64,000 nucleotides of DNA from a virus (taxonomy: Duplodnaviria > Caudoviricetes): the IMG/VR virus record IMGVR_UViG_3300031992_000007, positions 128,001 through 192,000 of that record; one strand, 5' to 3'. Position numbers and translations under genes: made by a program. This document shows, piece by piece, positions 1 through 9,184 of this stretch. The notes beneath the pieces were generated by a model that was not told the origin of the DNA, ran no database searches, and was given only the letters and a program-made list of their open reading frames with translations. Every line of letters starts with the position of its first letter. Within the stretch, counting starts at the first letter, position 1.

Positions 1-16
1 GTTCAATGACTCGTCG

Positions 17-1318
17 ATGTTCACGAAGCATTACGATGAACTGGATCCTGCGGTCAAGAAATACCCGAAGGATGCAGACATTGCACTTCCGGTTATCGTG
101 GCGGACGTCCGGGCATGGAGGGACATCCTCTTTGAGCGTCTCTACATTGCCGACAACGTGACCAACGATCCGATCTCGTGGCTTGTCACGGTTGCTGTTG
201 TGTTCAGGATGTACAATGTCATTCCTGAGGCATTCGGTGATCTCGTCGATGGTATCAACAAGAGGATCGCAAGCTTCAAGGTCGAGAGGCAGAAAGCTGA
301 TCAGCAGCCCAGGTTCGCTCCGATCGAATCTCTCGTTCTCAACAAGCTTACGGACGAGGAACTGGATAATCCCTGTCTTGCCAAGTTCCTTGAAAAGTTC
401 TTTGGAGAAGACTTCAAGGTCATCGTCGCAGATGCTGTCGATCCGTCCATGACTGTCACGATCGTACTCAATACTGATCGTGCGGTTACCCACGAACATG
501 TCCGTCACCGTCGTGACGTTGGTTATTCGCAGGAATCCCAGCGTTACGTCAACTACGCGAAGAAGGGATACGAGTCCCTTAAGTTCACTTGTGATCCCGC
601 CAAGGCTCCGGAAGGTGTCGAGGTTGGAATGTATGACGGTATCGTGGCTGAGGATGAAGTTGGCGCTCGAGTCTACGAGATGTCCGTTACCCAATCTTTC
701 GCAGCATACGAGAAACTCATCGGGATGGGTTACCCGCCCGAGTGCGCTCGCAAGGTCCTCCCGAATGCCTGCCGTACGCAGATCGTCGTTACCTGGTTGC
801 TCCCGATCGGGTTCTCGAACTTCATGCGTTGGCGCACGGAGAAGTTCGCGCAGTACGACATCCGTCTTGCTGCCGACAAGATCCTCTATCAGATGCTCAA
901 GATGAAGCATCCGTTCCTCACCATCCTCGGCACTCGTGATCTCTATCACTGGTTCAACTGGATGAAGGAACAGAATATCTTCGACAAGGCGATCCTTGAT
1001 GAGATCGATAGTGCTCTTGCAGAGCGTTCTGCTGTGGAAGAGGAACTCATGCGTCAGGCTAAGGAAGCTCATGAAGCTGAGGAAGCCAGACGTATGGAGC
1101 AGATGAAGAAGATGACTGAAGGTGATGGGGTTGTCGTTGACGATCACACTACCAAGAAGCTTCCTTCGAACGCTGAACCTCCGGCAGTCGTGAATGTTGG
1201 TCACAATGATCAGTCTGCCACACCTTCTGAGCCTGTGACGGAACGTCCTGCAACGATCCAGCTCGAACCCAAGAAGGACAAGAGTGCAGAAGAACACATT
1301 GGTGATGTCCCGTGCTGA
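17..1318 (+). CDS. thyX: Flavin-dependent thymidylate synthase (ThyX family), probably 5'-truncated by the window
   Basis: ThyX motif THEHVRHRRDVGYSQESQRYV, plus PPECARKVLPNACRT and AQYDIR; frame is open back to the window start; long acidic/low-complexity C-tail. Confidence 0.85.
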   Translation: MFTKHYDELDPAVKKYPKDADIALPVIVADVRAWRDILFERLYIADNVTNDPISWLVTVAVVFRMYNVIPEAFGDLVDGINKRIASFKVERQKADQQPRFAPIESLVLNKLTDEELDNPCLAKFLEKFFGEDFKVIVADAVDPSMTVTIVLNTDRAVTHEHVRHRRDVGYSQESQRYVNYAKKGYESLKFTCDPAKAPEGVEVGMYDGIVAEDEVGARVYEMSVTQSFAAYEKLIGMGYPPECARKVLPNACRTQIVVTWLLPIGFSNFMRWRTEKFAQYDIRLAADKILYQMLKMKHPFLTILGTRDLYHWFNWMKEQNIFDKAILDEIDSALAERSAVEEELMRQAKEAHEAEEARRMEQMKKMTEGDGVVVDDHTTKKLPSNAEPPAVVNVGHNDQSATPSEPVTERPATIQLEPKKDKSAEEHIGDVPC

Positions 1319-1346
1319 TAAGATACAGACATAACTAGCACACCTT

Positions 1347-1370
1347 CCTACCCAGCCGAAGCTGGGTAGG
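1347..1370 (+). terminator. Intrinsic terminator hairpin after thyX
   Basis: CCTACCCAGC-CGAA-GCTGGGTAGG perfect 10-bp stem. Confidence 0.7.
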
Positions 1371-1415
1371 TTGGTACTTTATAAAAACATTTTATGAACC
1401 AATCCCTAAGGAGGA

Positions 1416-1886
1416 ATGTTTATGTTTGAGAAGCTAGTTTCTAAACTCAGAGCTATTCCGGCTCTGGGTGTAATTAAAGAGATCGAGCATCTTGCGGGTG
1501 GTGTAGTTCCGAGGTTGTACCTTTACAAGGCAGTTCTGGTCAACTATGATGGAATAGAGCAAGTTCTTGCGTTCACCCCAAGTGAGTGGGATGACTGCAT
1601 CAGTAGATCTGATAAACACGGGTTTACTGCAAGTGCCGCTAGTAAAGAACTTTTTGCCACCGTTGAAAAGATCACATATACGGCCAACATCAGGAAGAAA
1701 CTTACAACGTGTGATGCCTATCTGCTCAAGGTAATACATGAAGGTATTTACTATTACCTCATGATGAGACCTTCTGATCTTAAGCAAGCTGTTGATCTGG
1801 GTATACGCGCAGAGCGCATGACTAAGATGCGCTGCGGAAAGTTCAAGAAATTCATTCGGAAAATAGGTCTGTTTATATTCGGTTAA
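1416..1886 (+). CDS. Hypothetical protein (paralog of next gene)
   Basis: SD AGGAGG; internal FTxxE..(A)..R-like repeat; basic amphipathic C-terminus. Confidence 0.7.
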   Translation: MFMFEKLVSKLRAIPALGVIKEIEHLAGGVVPRLYLYKAVLVNYDGIEQVLAFTPSEWDDCISRSDKHGFTASAASKELFATVEKITYTANIRKKLTTCDAYLLKVIHEGIYYYLMMRPSDLKQAVDLGIRAERMTKMRCGKFKKFIRKIGLFIFG

Positions 1887-1914
1887 TAGGAACGTGTTGA
1901 GAAAGGAGACTAAC

Positions 1915-2349
1915 ATGAAGCGAGTTTGGGAATTCCCTTCTGAGGGTAAGCTTAAACCCATCAAACAGGATAATCAATCGCCTGTCATGTATGCTGTTGC
2001 TCTTAAGTCTCCGAACATATTGTCTAACGACACAAGTCTCACGACGACAACTTCGAACCACATCTTTACGGAGAATGAAGTCAAACGAGCTGCGGTTAGG
2101 TTCTATGTAGAGACGGGAGAAACAGTGCGGAGGAAATTGGCTGTTGGATATGTAGGTGTAACTACCTTCTTCAACTCTCAGGGGGTGTTAGTGACTAGAC
2201 ATATAGTCAACCTGAAAGAACGAGGAGAAGTATTCACTGCACTGTTCAGCAGCAGAGAGTTCACTAGATCGATGGATCGGTTTAAGACAATGTTTCCCGA
2301 TACGCCACGTACCTGGAAAGAACGTATTCTTGGTTGGTTCAAAAAATAA
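1915..2349 (+). CDS. Hypothetical protein (paralog of previous gene)
   Basis: SD AAAGGAG before ATG 1915; HIFTENEVKRA and LFSSREFTRS repeats; ends WKERILGWFKK. Confidence 0.7.
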   Translation: MKRVWEFPSEGKLKPIKQDNQSPVMYAVALKSPNILSNDTSLTTTTSNHIFTENEVKRAAVRFYVETGETVRRKLAVGYVGVTTFFNSQGVLVTRHIVNLKERGEVFTALFSSREFTRSMDRFKTMFPDTPRTWKERILGWFKK

Positions 2350-2360
2350 AAGGCAGGCCA

Positions 2361-2384
2361 CCCTGGACCCTTTCGGGTCCAGGG
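2361..2384. terminator. Bidirectional terminator between convergent genes
   Basis: CCCTGGACCC-TTTC-GGGTCCAGGG with an A-tract upstream. Confidence 0.75.
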
Positions 2385-2405
2385 GGTCGCCCTTATTTGG
2401 CTCTC

Positions 2406-3455
2406 TTAGCTCAGCTTGATCGAATCCAGCTGTGCACCAAGAGTGGCACCGAGGTTCCCGAATCCACCCTCTGGCGCAGGCGTCGCTGCAGTGGTAACAG
2501 CTTCGGCCGGCGCCTCCTGAGTAGAAGGAATCTCTTCGGTGTTTTCCCTGAAGCGCGGAGGCTTCTTGCTCTTCGGCTTGTTGTTCGGCATCTCACGTTC
2601 CTCGCGGTCGCGACGATCACGACGCTCCTCACGAGGCTGCCTGCCACCACCACTCTGCTCCCTCTCGGGGGCAGCAGTCGTTCCACCAGGGCCCTGGGTG
2701 AACGACGAGGGCAGCGCTGCATCCGTAGCTGCGATGTTGTAATCGCAGATCGGATTCGAGCAGACATAATGACCTTGGCTATCCTTGGCCACATCAGACC
2801 CACACTCGCTGCAGGTCATGCTGCCATCTTCGGCGACCTTGATCCATTCGGGAATCTTTTCACGGACCCCGAGGAAGTCACCGAACAAGATCTTGACCGC
2901 GTCGTTAGACGTAGTCGTGATCCTGGCGATAGCCTTGGCGAACAGCGCGAACCGTTCGGCAAAGGTGCCACCGGTTCCAGCGGCCTCTTCTCTACGGGAC
3001 GGCCAAGCGGCATCCCTGACGTTGAAGAGGAATTTCTCCTCCGAGCTAAACTCGTGGAACTTTCGTCCCGCGAACCCGAAGAATGCATCAACAGCGTTCC
3101 GCTGCACACCGTTGGACGAGTATTTCGTCCTCCACTGATCTACCGTGTCGCCAAGCGGCTTCACGGAGAAGAACCGGAGGATTTCCCGGACGGACCCTTC
3201 AACGTCCTCCTCAGACAGGGACTCGGCTTCTGCGAGCCTCGTACCCAGTCGGATGAACATTGTCACCAACAACCCGCCTGCAGGACGGGGGTTGCCACGA
3301 GAGTCCATCTCGAAGCTTTTCGCCTTGATGGCGAAGCTGGTGATTAGGTTGGCGCTTTCGGCACCATAACCGGCGAACTCGTGTAGCCGGTTGTTCCACT
3401 CGACGATCCGATCTGCGTCGGACATCGGTGGACGGGGATTATGGTTTGTTTCCAT
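2406..3455 (-). CDS. Early hypothetical protein with zinc ribbon and R/E-rich disordered tail
   Basis: CSECG..CSNPIC; SD AAGGAAA; ATATATTAC promoter upstream. Confidence 0.75.
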   Translation of the reverse strand: METNHNPRPPMSDADRIVEWNNRLHEFAGYGAESANLITSFAIKAKSFEMDSRGNPRPAGGLLVTMFIRLGTRLAEAESLSEEDVEGSVREILRFFSVKPLGDTVDQWRTKYSSNGVQRNAVDAFFGFAGRKFHEFSSEEKFLFNVRDAAWPSRREEAAGTGGTFAERFALFAKAIARITTTSNDAVKILFGDFLGVREKIPEWIKVAEDGSMTCSECGSDVAKDSQGHYVCSNPICDYNIAATDAALPSSFTQGPGGTTAAPEREQSGGGRQPREERRDRRDREEREMPNNKPKSKKPPRFRENTEEIPSTQEAPAEAVTTAATPAPEGGFGNLGATLGAQLDSIKLS

Positions 3456-3563
3456 AGTTTTCCTTTGACCTTGAACTTTGCATTGAGCTGATCAGACCCA
3501 ATACATTTTGACCTTATTTCAACAAGCAGCCACGTTTGCTACTTGAGGTGATCGATCACATAA

Positions 3564-3572
3564 GTAATATAT
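3564..3572 (-). promoter_or_regulatory. Putative early (virion RNAP) promoter ATATATTAC
   Basis: Matches phiKZ early-promoter core TATTAC; recurs upstream of several genes in the window. Confidence 0.65.
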
Positions 3573-3592
3573 AGGTAAAATAAATTGACAGA

Positions 3593-3619
3593 CACCCTAG
3601 CCCGTGTAGGGCTAGGGTG
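3593..3619 (-). terminator. Terminator hairpin after virion RNAP beta
   Basis: CACCCTAGCCC-GTGTA-GGGCTAGGGTG. Confidence 0.7.
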
Positions 3620-3632
3620 CATATTAGGAGCA

Positions 3633-6600
3633 TTACGCTTCTTTCCACATAGCAAGCATGTCGTTCTCAAGCTTCTCCAATACAGAATTACACAGACCTT
3701 GGAGGAACGGACTTGTAATAAGACGTGCAAGTATGCCACGTCCACTTGTACAAGCCTCTACTTTCTCTCCATCCTCAGTCAAGATGTAATCATCGTATTT
3801 GGTAGACACTGTGCTCTTAAGAGCAGAGTCGAAGAACAACTTGTCGCCAGGATTCATCCCCTTGGTCTGCTTGATGTAGAACCTAAGGATTACGGTCTCC
3901 TCGGTAAGATCGACTGTACCTACCTTAGAGGTAGCAGCCAACGGAGCAGACTTCCTGAACTGGTTCGCGTTGTCACAACCAGCAGCTCTTTCGGCACGAG
4001 CGTCTTTGTCTTTGATCACGTGACGAACAAGCTTCTGTAAAGACGGACTCATCTGGGAGATTGGGCATTTGTACAACGCCTCGATCTTCATGATCGTTCC
4101 AGAGTGTCCTGCCTTAGGAGCCTGTCTATTCAGTTCACTAAGTTTCTCAGTGAGAACCTGGTCGTCTCCAGTATCGAACGGAAGAGCTGACTGATCGAAC
4201 ACGATAAGAGGTTCAGTGTTAAGAACATCCGTACCTAAGTCAGCGAACGAGTGAACGTTCGTGTCCTTAGTTATCACTATCTCCTTAACATGGATTGGGT
4301 TGAACACCATCTTGTCTGCAAGGGGTTGAGTGATGATGGACGCGTCCTCAACTGTGCCACCATTGTCGAGAATAGCAACCTTGGCTAGAATACCAAGTTT
4401 CATCTCAACTTGCTTATCGTAAGGATTGGCCTGGAAGAACTGCCTATTGTAGATCAAGATATCTCCTGGCTTGAACTTATCTCCAGCCTTGAAGTTATTG
4501 ACCACAACCTCCTGGTCGACGAAGAAACCATTGGCAGAGTTGTTAGTGGCTTCCGAACCAAAAGGTAGACAGACCTTCTTACCATCCTTGTAACGAATGA
4601 TCATCGTCCTGCTCTTCTCATCCACAGACTGTACAGTACCTTCACTCTGCGCAGCATAAGCAAAGTTTGGGTTAGTACACTTGTGAGCAACAACTCCTTC
4701 ATAACCGGTCTTCAGACGAGACACTTCGGATTCGGCTATCGGCACATAGTGCGACATCTGAATGTTGATGAAGTTCGCGCGCTTTGAATCGTCGGAGGTT
4801 GCACCAGGGACAAGAAGGCTAGTAATAGACAAGACATTCTCAGGTTCGAGTTTGTCTATGTCTGCCTCAGTCACGGCCATACCTCTGGCATTCGTGAAGA
4901 TAGGGTTGAAAGGAAGAGTTGCATTGAGGCCAGTAGTTCCATTATCGACAGTTGCCTCACTGACGATACCAAGTTGGTCGTCTGTGAACTGACGATCTGG
5001 AATCATGAATGTGTCATTGCTACGACCACCGTCACCAGCATTGGAGAACTTGGAGTACATCTTGATGTCATGGATCGGGTTGATCACGCTGACATTCTCC
5101 ACCAACTGATGATGCATGATACGCTGAGCAACAGCATACTCACTTATTGAGAACTTGTTAGATGAACCAACAGAACGATTCTTGTAGCCAGCGAAAGCAC
5201 GAGCCAACTCGTTGTACACCATACCAGTTATCTGTTCAACTCCACGGAAACGGAAGTTAGAAGCAGAAGCCGGATGCTTGTGCTCGGTGGTTGTAAGCAT
5301 CGCTACAGCACGGATGAGAAGGTCCCTGATGTCAGTAGGCTCTCTCATCTCACGGAGAACATCCTTGGTTGTAGGATCGATGAAGAGGTTGAACACCCCA
5401 TCGATACCCTTGATCATGTTAGGAGAGATTCCCTTCTGACTGAGCATGTCGTAGTAGACATCCTTGTCATCCATATCCTCAATAGAGAAGTTGCCAAGAT
5501 CGTAGATACTTAACCCACCGAACAGAAGAGCGTTAACTCTCGGGTTACGACGGATGATGAGCTTCTTATCCGAGAACTGGATGACGATATCAGAAATCCT
5601 CTTCTCCACACGGGCATTCTTGTCGAAGATCTCGTAGTCGACATTGCAGTACTTGAGCATGTTCCGCAATCCGTACTTGTAGCACAGCATGTGCGCAACA
5701 GGGATCACGTAGCTCATAATAGTAACCTGAGCATACTCGACCATCGAGTTGAATTCCATCCCAGTGATGTACTCCACGAAGTCCATGAAGGCTCCGTAGA
5801 AAGGTTCCGTATCAGGATCCTTGATGGATCTAGAGCAGACCTGTCCAGTTACGGTGATGAAGAAGTGTTCGTCTCCACGAGAACCGAACCACACTCCACA
5901 TTCCTTCTCCATCTTGGAGATCTCTTTCTTGAGAGCATCAGGAATGACAACCTCTCTGTTCATGATGTCGAAGAACATGAACCCACCCTGGAAGTCTATC
6001 CTGGTGTATTTGGATCCAAGTTCTGTCAACTCGAACGGGAAAGCTTTGATGGGGTATTTGCAGGAACCATGAGAAAGAGTGTACTTGAACCCAGCTTCAC
6101 CGGCTTTCTTAAGGGCTTTGTCGAACCAGGTCTTAAAGTCATGAGCAGCATTCGTGTTCCTCGTAACCAACAACTTGTTGTAGTTGGAGTTGAGGGTTAC
6201 ACGATCATCCTTGACTTTACAAATAGGATTTGAGACTCTCTGTTTGTGGATCGTCTTGACCGAGCCGTTGTCCAAGAAGTTGCCGTTCTTGTCAACCTTA
6301 GGAAGACTGAGCTTGAAGGAATGGTTCTTGTGGTTGAGGTCTTCGTACTTAACCTTGTAGACAGTCCTTGAGTTAAGGTCGTCAACCAAGTCTTCCTGTT
6401 GGAAGTCCACCAGGAACATACCCTGCTTATTAAAGGAAGTGAAGATCGCAGCCAAGTCCTTGTTCATCAGCTTATCGATGTACTGAGCATCCAAGTCAGC
6501 TGTAGTAGAACCTGCGAACATGTGTTCGTTAGTTCCACTGATAATAGCTTCCTTAGGCTGAGAGTCAAGAACTTTCTTCTCCTGTTTCTTGAGTTCAGGA

Positions 6601-7967
6601 GGAGGTTCAAGATCGAACTCAGGAACTTCAGTAAGAACCTGTTGGAAGGATTTGCCACCGATAGTAAGCTTCTTGTAGGAGGTGCTTATCTTCCTAGCAT
6701 GCTCCTTCTGAGCAGTTGACAGAGGTTTGTCATCTGCTGTTATGTTGGCGCTCAGGATGGCATCGAAGTCATCCAGTTCCTTCATGTCAATATCCGAAGC
6801 TTCCTGTTTTTCTTTGAGAGTCATCGGAGCTACGAACTCAGGCTGGTTGGCTTTGTTACCACCTTCTTCGACATCGACTATTTCCTCAGAGACTGACTCC
6901 GGTTCGGCAGTCTGGATGAAGGTAGAAGGAGCAGCACTTCCAGTAAGCATGTTCACATGGTTGATGACACGGATAATGCCGGAACCATTATGCCCTGCTA
7001 TCTCCTTAAGATCTCTGAGGTTGTAGATGATGAAGTTCTCTCCACAAGTAAGGAAGATGTTGATGTTCTCCAGCATCCTAGGAGGAAGGAATTCAAAGAT
7101 CGACTTCTTGTACGGATTCTCTGTATCCTTGAGAGTCAACTCTTCCATGGCACAGATGTTATCCGACTCCACGAAAGTCCTCACGTTTGTAAGGAACTCT
7201 TCGGAAGTAAGATCGGGATCGTAGGTAGAAGGATCGATAGCGAATGCTTCGATAGCCTTCTTGTCCTCTTCCTCTTCGCCCTCCATCTGTCCTCGTTTGG
7301 GCAAGGACATCGGTTTGGCTAACAAACCATACAGGTGTGCTAGGAACAAGTACGAGGATATCTCAGGGTATTTGGTAGAGATACGATCGTACTTCTTGAA
7401 GATCCTAACGAAGTCACTCTTCTCGAACCTAAGTGCTTCCAGAGGGATGTGGATATAATGCATCCTGTCAGGAGCAGTCATGATCGTGTTGAGGACATAG
7501 GCAAAAAGAAAGTTGAGGAATCTCGGCTTCCTTCTTATTCCCATGACTCTAGCACGGAAAATCGAGTTGTAGTTGACGAGAGGAAGAGTGTTGGGCCGAA
7601 TGGGCATCGACTTGATGTCATTGAACGGAAGCACTCTGCCCTTCATATCCCTTCTGTAAGCATTAAGCTGAGAGATCAGCCCGGATGCTGTCAACCTTAT
7701 CCTGTTCCTTACAACAGGGACAGTTTCGGGAAGAGACTCCATCCCAGTCACATGATGAACAAAGATCTTGTAGTTGTTCATCGTGGTGATAGGGTTGTCG
7801 AACGCAGGAGCGAAGTTGACCACACCCTGGTTCATTGGGAAGTTATCCAGCACATGAGCTATAGCACCAACAGGGAGTTCGGATAGTTCATTGATCTTGT
7901 GAAGTTCCTTGAACTGACCTTGACGGAAAGTCTGGAACCTGCGCCGGAATTGGGCGAATTTGATCAT
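3633..7967 (-). CDS. Virion RNA polymerase beta subunit (phiKZ gp178-like)
   Basis: 1444 aa; RpoB-like motifs DDSKRANFINIQMSH, EDASII, GDKLFF; size matches gp178. Confidence 0.9.
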   Translation of the reverse strand: MIKFAQFRRRFQTFRQGQFKELHKINELSELPVGAIAHVLDNFPMNQGVVNFAPAFDNPITTMNNYKIFVHHVTGMESLPETVPVVRNRIRLTASGLISQLNAYRRDMKGRVLPFNDIKSMPIRPNTLPLVNYNSIFRARVMGIRRKPRFLNFLFAYVLNTIMTAPDRMHYIHIPLEALRFEKSDFVRIFKKYDRISTKYPEISSYLFLAHLYGLLAKPMSLPKRGQMEGEEEEDKKAIEAFAIDPSTYDPDLTSEEFLTNVRTFVESDNICAMEELTLKDTENPYKKSIFEFLPPRMLENINIFLTCGENFIIYNLRDLKEIAGHNGSGIIRVINHVNMLTGSAAPSTFIQTAEPESVSEEIVDVEEGGNKANQPEFVAPMTLKEKQEASDIDMKELDDFDAILSANITADDKPLSTAQKEHARKISTSYKKLTIGGKSFQQVLTEVPEFDLEPPPELKKQEKKVLDSQPKEAIISGTNEHMFAGSTTADLDAQYIDKLMNKDLAAIFTSFNKQGMFLVDFQQEDLVDDLNSRTVYKVKYEDLNHKNHSFKLSLPKVDKNGNFLDNGSVKTIHKQRVSNPICKVKDDRVTLNSNYNKLLVTRNTNAAHDFKTWFDKALKKAGEAGFKYTLSHGSCKYPIKAFPFELTELGSKYTRIDFQGGFMFFDIMNREVVIPDALKKEISKMEKECGVWFGSRGDEHFFITVTGQVCSRSIKDPDTEPFYGAFMDFVEYITGMEFNSMVEYAQVTIMSYVIPVAHMLCYKYGLRNMLKYCNVDYEIFDKNARVEKRISDIVIQFSDKKLIIRRNPRVNALLFGGLSIYDLGNFSIEDMDDKDVYYDMLSQKGISPNMIKGIDGVFNLFIDPTTKDVLREMREPTDIRDLLIRAVAMLTTTEHKHPASASNFRFRGVEQITGMVYNELARAFAGYKNRSVGSSNKFSISEYAVAQRIMHHQLVENVSVINPIHDIKMYSKFSNAGDGGRSNDTFMIPDRQFTDDQLGIVSEATVDNGTTGLNATLPFNPIFTNARGMAVTEADIDKLEPENVLSITSLLVPGATSDDSKRANFINIQMSHYVPIAESEVSRLKTGYEGVVAHKCTNPNFAYAAQSEGTVQSVDEKSRTMIIRYKDGKKVCLPFGSEATNNSANGFFVDQEVVVNNFKAGDKFKPGDILIYNRQFFQANPYDKQVEMKLGILAKVAILDNGGTVEDASIITQPLADKMVFNPIHVKEIVITKDTNVHSFADLGTDVLNTEPLIVFDQSALPFDTGDDQVLTEKLSELNRQAPKAGHSGTIMKIEALYKCPISQMSPSLQKLVRHVIKDKDARAERAAGCDNANQFRKSAPLAATSKVGTVDLTEETVILRFYIKQTKGMNPGDKLFFDSALKSTVSTKYDDYILTEDGEKVEACTSGRGILARLITSPFLQGLCNSVLEKLENDMLAMWKEA

Positions 7968-8134
7968 TGGTCTTTACTCCTTTCTAAATAAAAGAAAAGC
8001 ATACGATGGCTGACTAAGGTGAAGATGGGACATCTATCCATGTTTCTAGAGTCGTTCAAACGTGGGGAGTGAGTAATGTTGGAGATATAAACATTTCCAA
8101 CTCCGTACACACTTATCCTCACTTATCAGAAGCC

Positions 8135-8719
8135 AGGCTCTCCGGAGGTGATGTCACTATTTACAACCAATATGGGTTAGCACAACCAAGTAACCTTATC
8201 GTTATGGATTATTCCGTAAACAATGGATGTCTTCCTAATAATCACATGGGTTTTGGATTGATTTTTATAGGAAAACCAGGAAGGCTCTCCCAGATAGGTG
8301 AGACGACAACTCCAGAATGGTTGAAGAACAAGATGGGAATGTGTAGTGCCGAAAGTCAGGGTTCGACAAGAACGTACGATCAATCTCCTAACACAGTTGT
8401 AACCAGACAGGGTGGCTTTATTCCAAGGCTCTCCAGGTGGAAATACCGAAAATAAAGACGTACATAGTAGACAGGAAACATTGGTCATAATGTCTAATGG
8501 AAGTGCGCATTACCACGATTCAAGATTGTGGCCAGCAGCTAATGATCCAGAAAGAGTAAGGCTCTCCGCTCCGCCGGAGGTGTTTCGTACGCACAGACAC
8601 ATTATTTCTTTCCGCACTGCGTAGCTCCAATAATCGACGACGGTGTGATGTGGCAGAACGGGTGGCAGGGTGCAGATTTGATGCATTATAGCGGAATATT
8701 TAAGCAAATAAGGCTCTCC
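8135..8719 (+). repeat. Periodic array of five AGGCTCTCC motifs separated by unique structured 124-143 nt units
   Basis: Copies at 8135, 8282, 8426, 8559, 8711 (period 147/144/133/152); AGGTG follows within 0-9 nt in the first four. Confidence 0.85.
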
Positions 8720-8797
8720 AGCAATTAGTATAAATTTATCTTCTCCAACACCATACTACAACTTAATCGACCTCTTTACAAAACTAAGGAGACAACA

Positions 8798-9181
8798 ATG
8801 AAAGCCAAGACAAAAACAACGAAGAAGACTGCAGCCTCCAAGGCGAAGAAGCCTGTGAAGAAGGTTGCTAAGAAATCCGCCAAGTCGGTCAAGCCGGACA
8901 AGAAGAAAGTCAGCAAGATCAACAAGAAGGACAACGAAATCGGTTCCAAGATCGTTGATCTTCTGAAGAACACTCTTGCTCCAACTTCGACACTCAAGGC
9001 CGCTCCGTCTGCTCCGGCAACTCAGAGCAAGTCGCCGGTTGCAACGATCGGAACGTGCACCCAGGCCCAGGTTAAGTCAGTGACTCGCTTCTCTGCAACT
9101 CCTGTTGCTAAGACAAGGTTCGTTGCAGCTGGCGTGTCGCCCAAGACTAACTTGCCTGTCACTCTTGTTGCCAGCAAGTAA
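8798..9181 (+). CDS. Histone H1-like / Lys-Ala-rich basic nucleic-acid-binding protein
   Basis: MKAKTKTTKKTAASKAKKPVKKVAKKSAK N-terminus; SD AAGGAG. Confidence 0.75.
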   Translation: MKAKTKTTKKTAASKAKKPVKKVAKKSAKSVKPDKKKVSKINKKDNEIGSKIVDLLKNTLAPTSTLKAAPSAPATQSKSPVATIGTCTQAQVKSVTRFSATPVAKTRFVAAGVSPKTNLPVTLVASK

Positions 9182-9184
9182 CAA

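Noticed and set aside
8069-8707. ORFs 8069-8455, 8412-8624 and 8510-8707 as real genes
   Set aside because: Weak or absent SD, atypical composition, mutually overlapping; the region is better explained by the nucleotide-level array
8135-8719. CRISPR array
   Set aside because: Repeat only 9 nt, spacers 124-143 nt and structured, no cas genes in the window
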